Positions 63,919 through 64,000 of a DNA stretch of 64,000 nt are shown piece by piece (the first letter of the stretch is position 1; every line of letters begins with the position of its first letter). This DNA comes from Eubacteriales bacterium. GTDB lineage: Bacteria > Bacillota > Clostridia > Oscillospirales > CAG-382. The notes beneath the pieces are model-generated. The model was not told the DNA's origin. It did no database searches and saw only the letters and a program-made list of their open reading frames with translations. The stretch covers positions 18,815 through 82,814 of the forward strand of contig JAZRVE010000062.1 in assembly GCA_045598975.1 (NCBI GenBank), in the 5' to 3' direction. The translations under genes were made by a program, and so were the position numbers.

Positions 63919-64000
63919 TTACTGTTTGCGGTATTCAAAATCCAGCATGGTGACATCATCGAATTGCGTGGCACCCTTTTCGAATGTGTGCAATTCCTCA
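63919..64000 (-). CDS. 3' end (26 codons) of a gene entering from the right edge; possibly a PP2C/SpoIIE-type phosphatase C-terminus (very tentative)
   Basis: My translation of the minus strand gives '...EELHTFEKGATQFDDVTMLDFEYRKQ*', with stop TAA at 63921-63919. 'DDVTML' resembles the last metal-binding Asp motif of PP2C/SpoIIE domains. It is not in the ORF track. Confidence 0.35.
   Translation of the reverse strand, partial: EELHTFEKGATQFDDVTMLDFEYRKQ

Noticed and set aside
1-64000. A search for CRISPR arrays, rRNA genes, IS elements, prophage genes, toxin-antitoxin pairs or known defence systems.
   Set aside because: I saw no regularly spaced direct repeats, no rRNA-like conserved blocks, no DDE/serine/tyrosine recombinase motifs and no small paired ORFs of toxin-antitoxin type. 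Intergenic regions are short and are accounted for by promoters and terminators.

Overview
This is a 64-kb chromosomal window from a Gram-positive, Clostridia-like organism. That guess rests on lepA-hemW synteny, fhs, a Bce-type ABC/two-component module, a PHP-type CpsB phosphatase and SLH domains. Gene density is high. I found no rRNA, CRISPR array, transposase, integrase or phage genes.

Layout:
- 1-24.7 kb: housekeeping and accessory genes. These are a uvrC 5' part (missing from the ORF track), ptsH, two small membrane-anchored paralogs plus a 616-aa polytopic membrane protein, trmD-rimM, an FkbM methyltransferase, an SLH-anchored phosphodiester glycosidase, lepA, hemW, a lipoprotein, fhs, an AraC/uxuA/SDR hexuronate unit, a frameshifted DUF3795 gene, a BceAB-RS-like module, DUF4186 and luxS.
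- 25.2-51.1 kb: one co-directional, largely translationally coupled block of 24 genes for a Wzx/Wzy-dependent surface polysaccharide.
- 51.2-56.2 kb: a convergent GDP-L-fucose operon (gmd-fcl-manC-phosphohexomutase), followed by an AraC regulator and tRNA-Pro(UGG).
- 57.4-64 kb: an LRR-like membrane protein with an acidic tail, a STAS / two cNMP-binding proteins / PAS-class III cyclase cluster, brnQ, a PHP phosphoesterase, and a partial CDS at the edge.

The most interesting content is the polysaccharide locus. It carries five ATP-grasp ligase genes: one L-amino-acid-ligase-like, three tandem divergent 'sugar-transfer-associated' ATP-grasp paralogs, and one TupA-like. It also has three routes to uronic acids (Ugd, UDP-GlcA 4-epimerase, WecC-like dehydrogenase), a PIG-L deacetylase, a DegT aminotransferase, a GNAT and a pyruvyl transferase. 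I infer an amino-acid- or peptide-amidated, uronic-acid-rich glycopolymer (teichuronopeptide-like) whose ligation chemistry is essentially uncharacterised. The middle of the locus is visibly lower in G+C than its flanks.

All functional calls come from motif recognition by eye. No database search was run.
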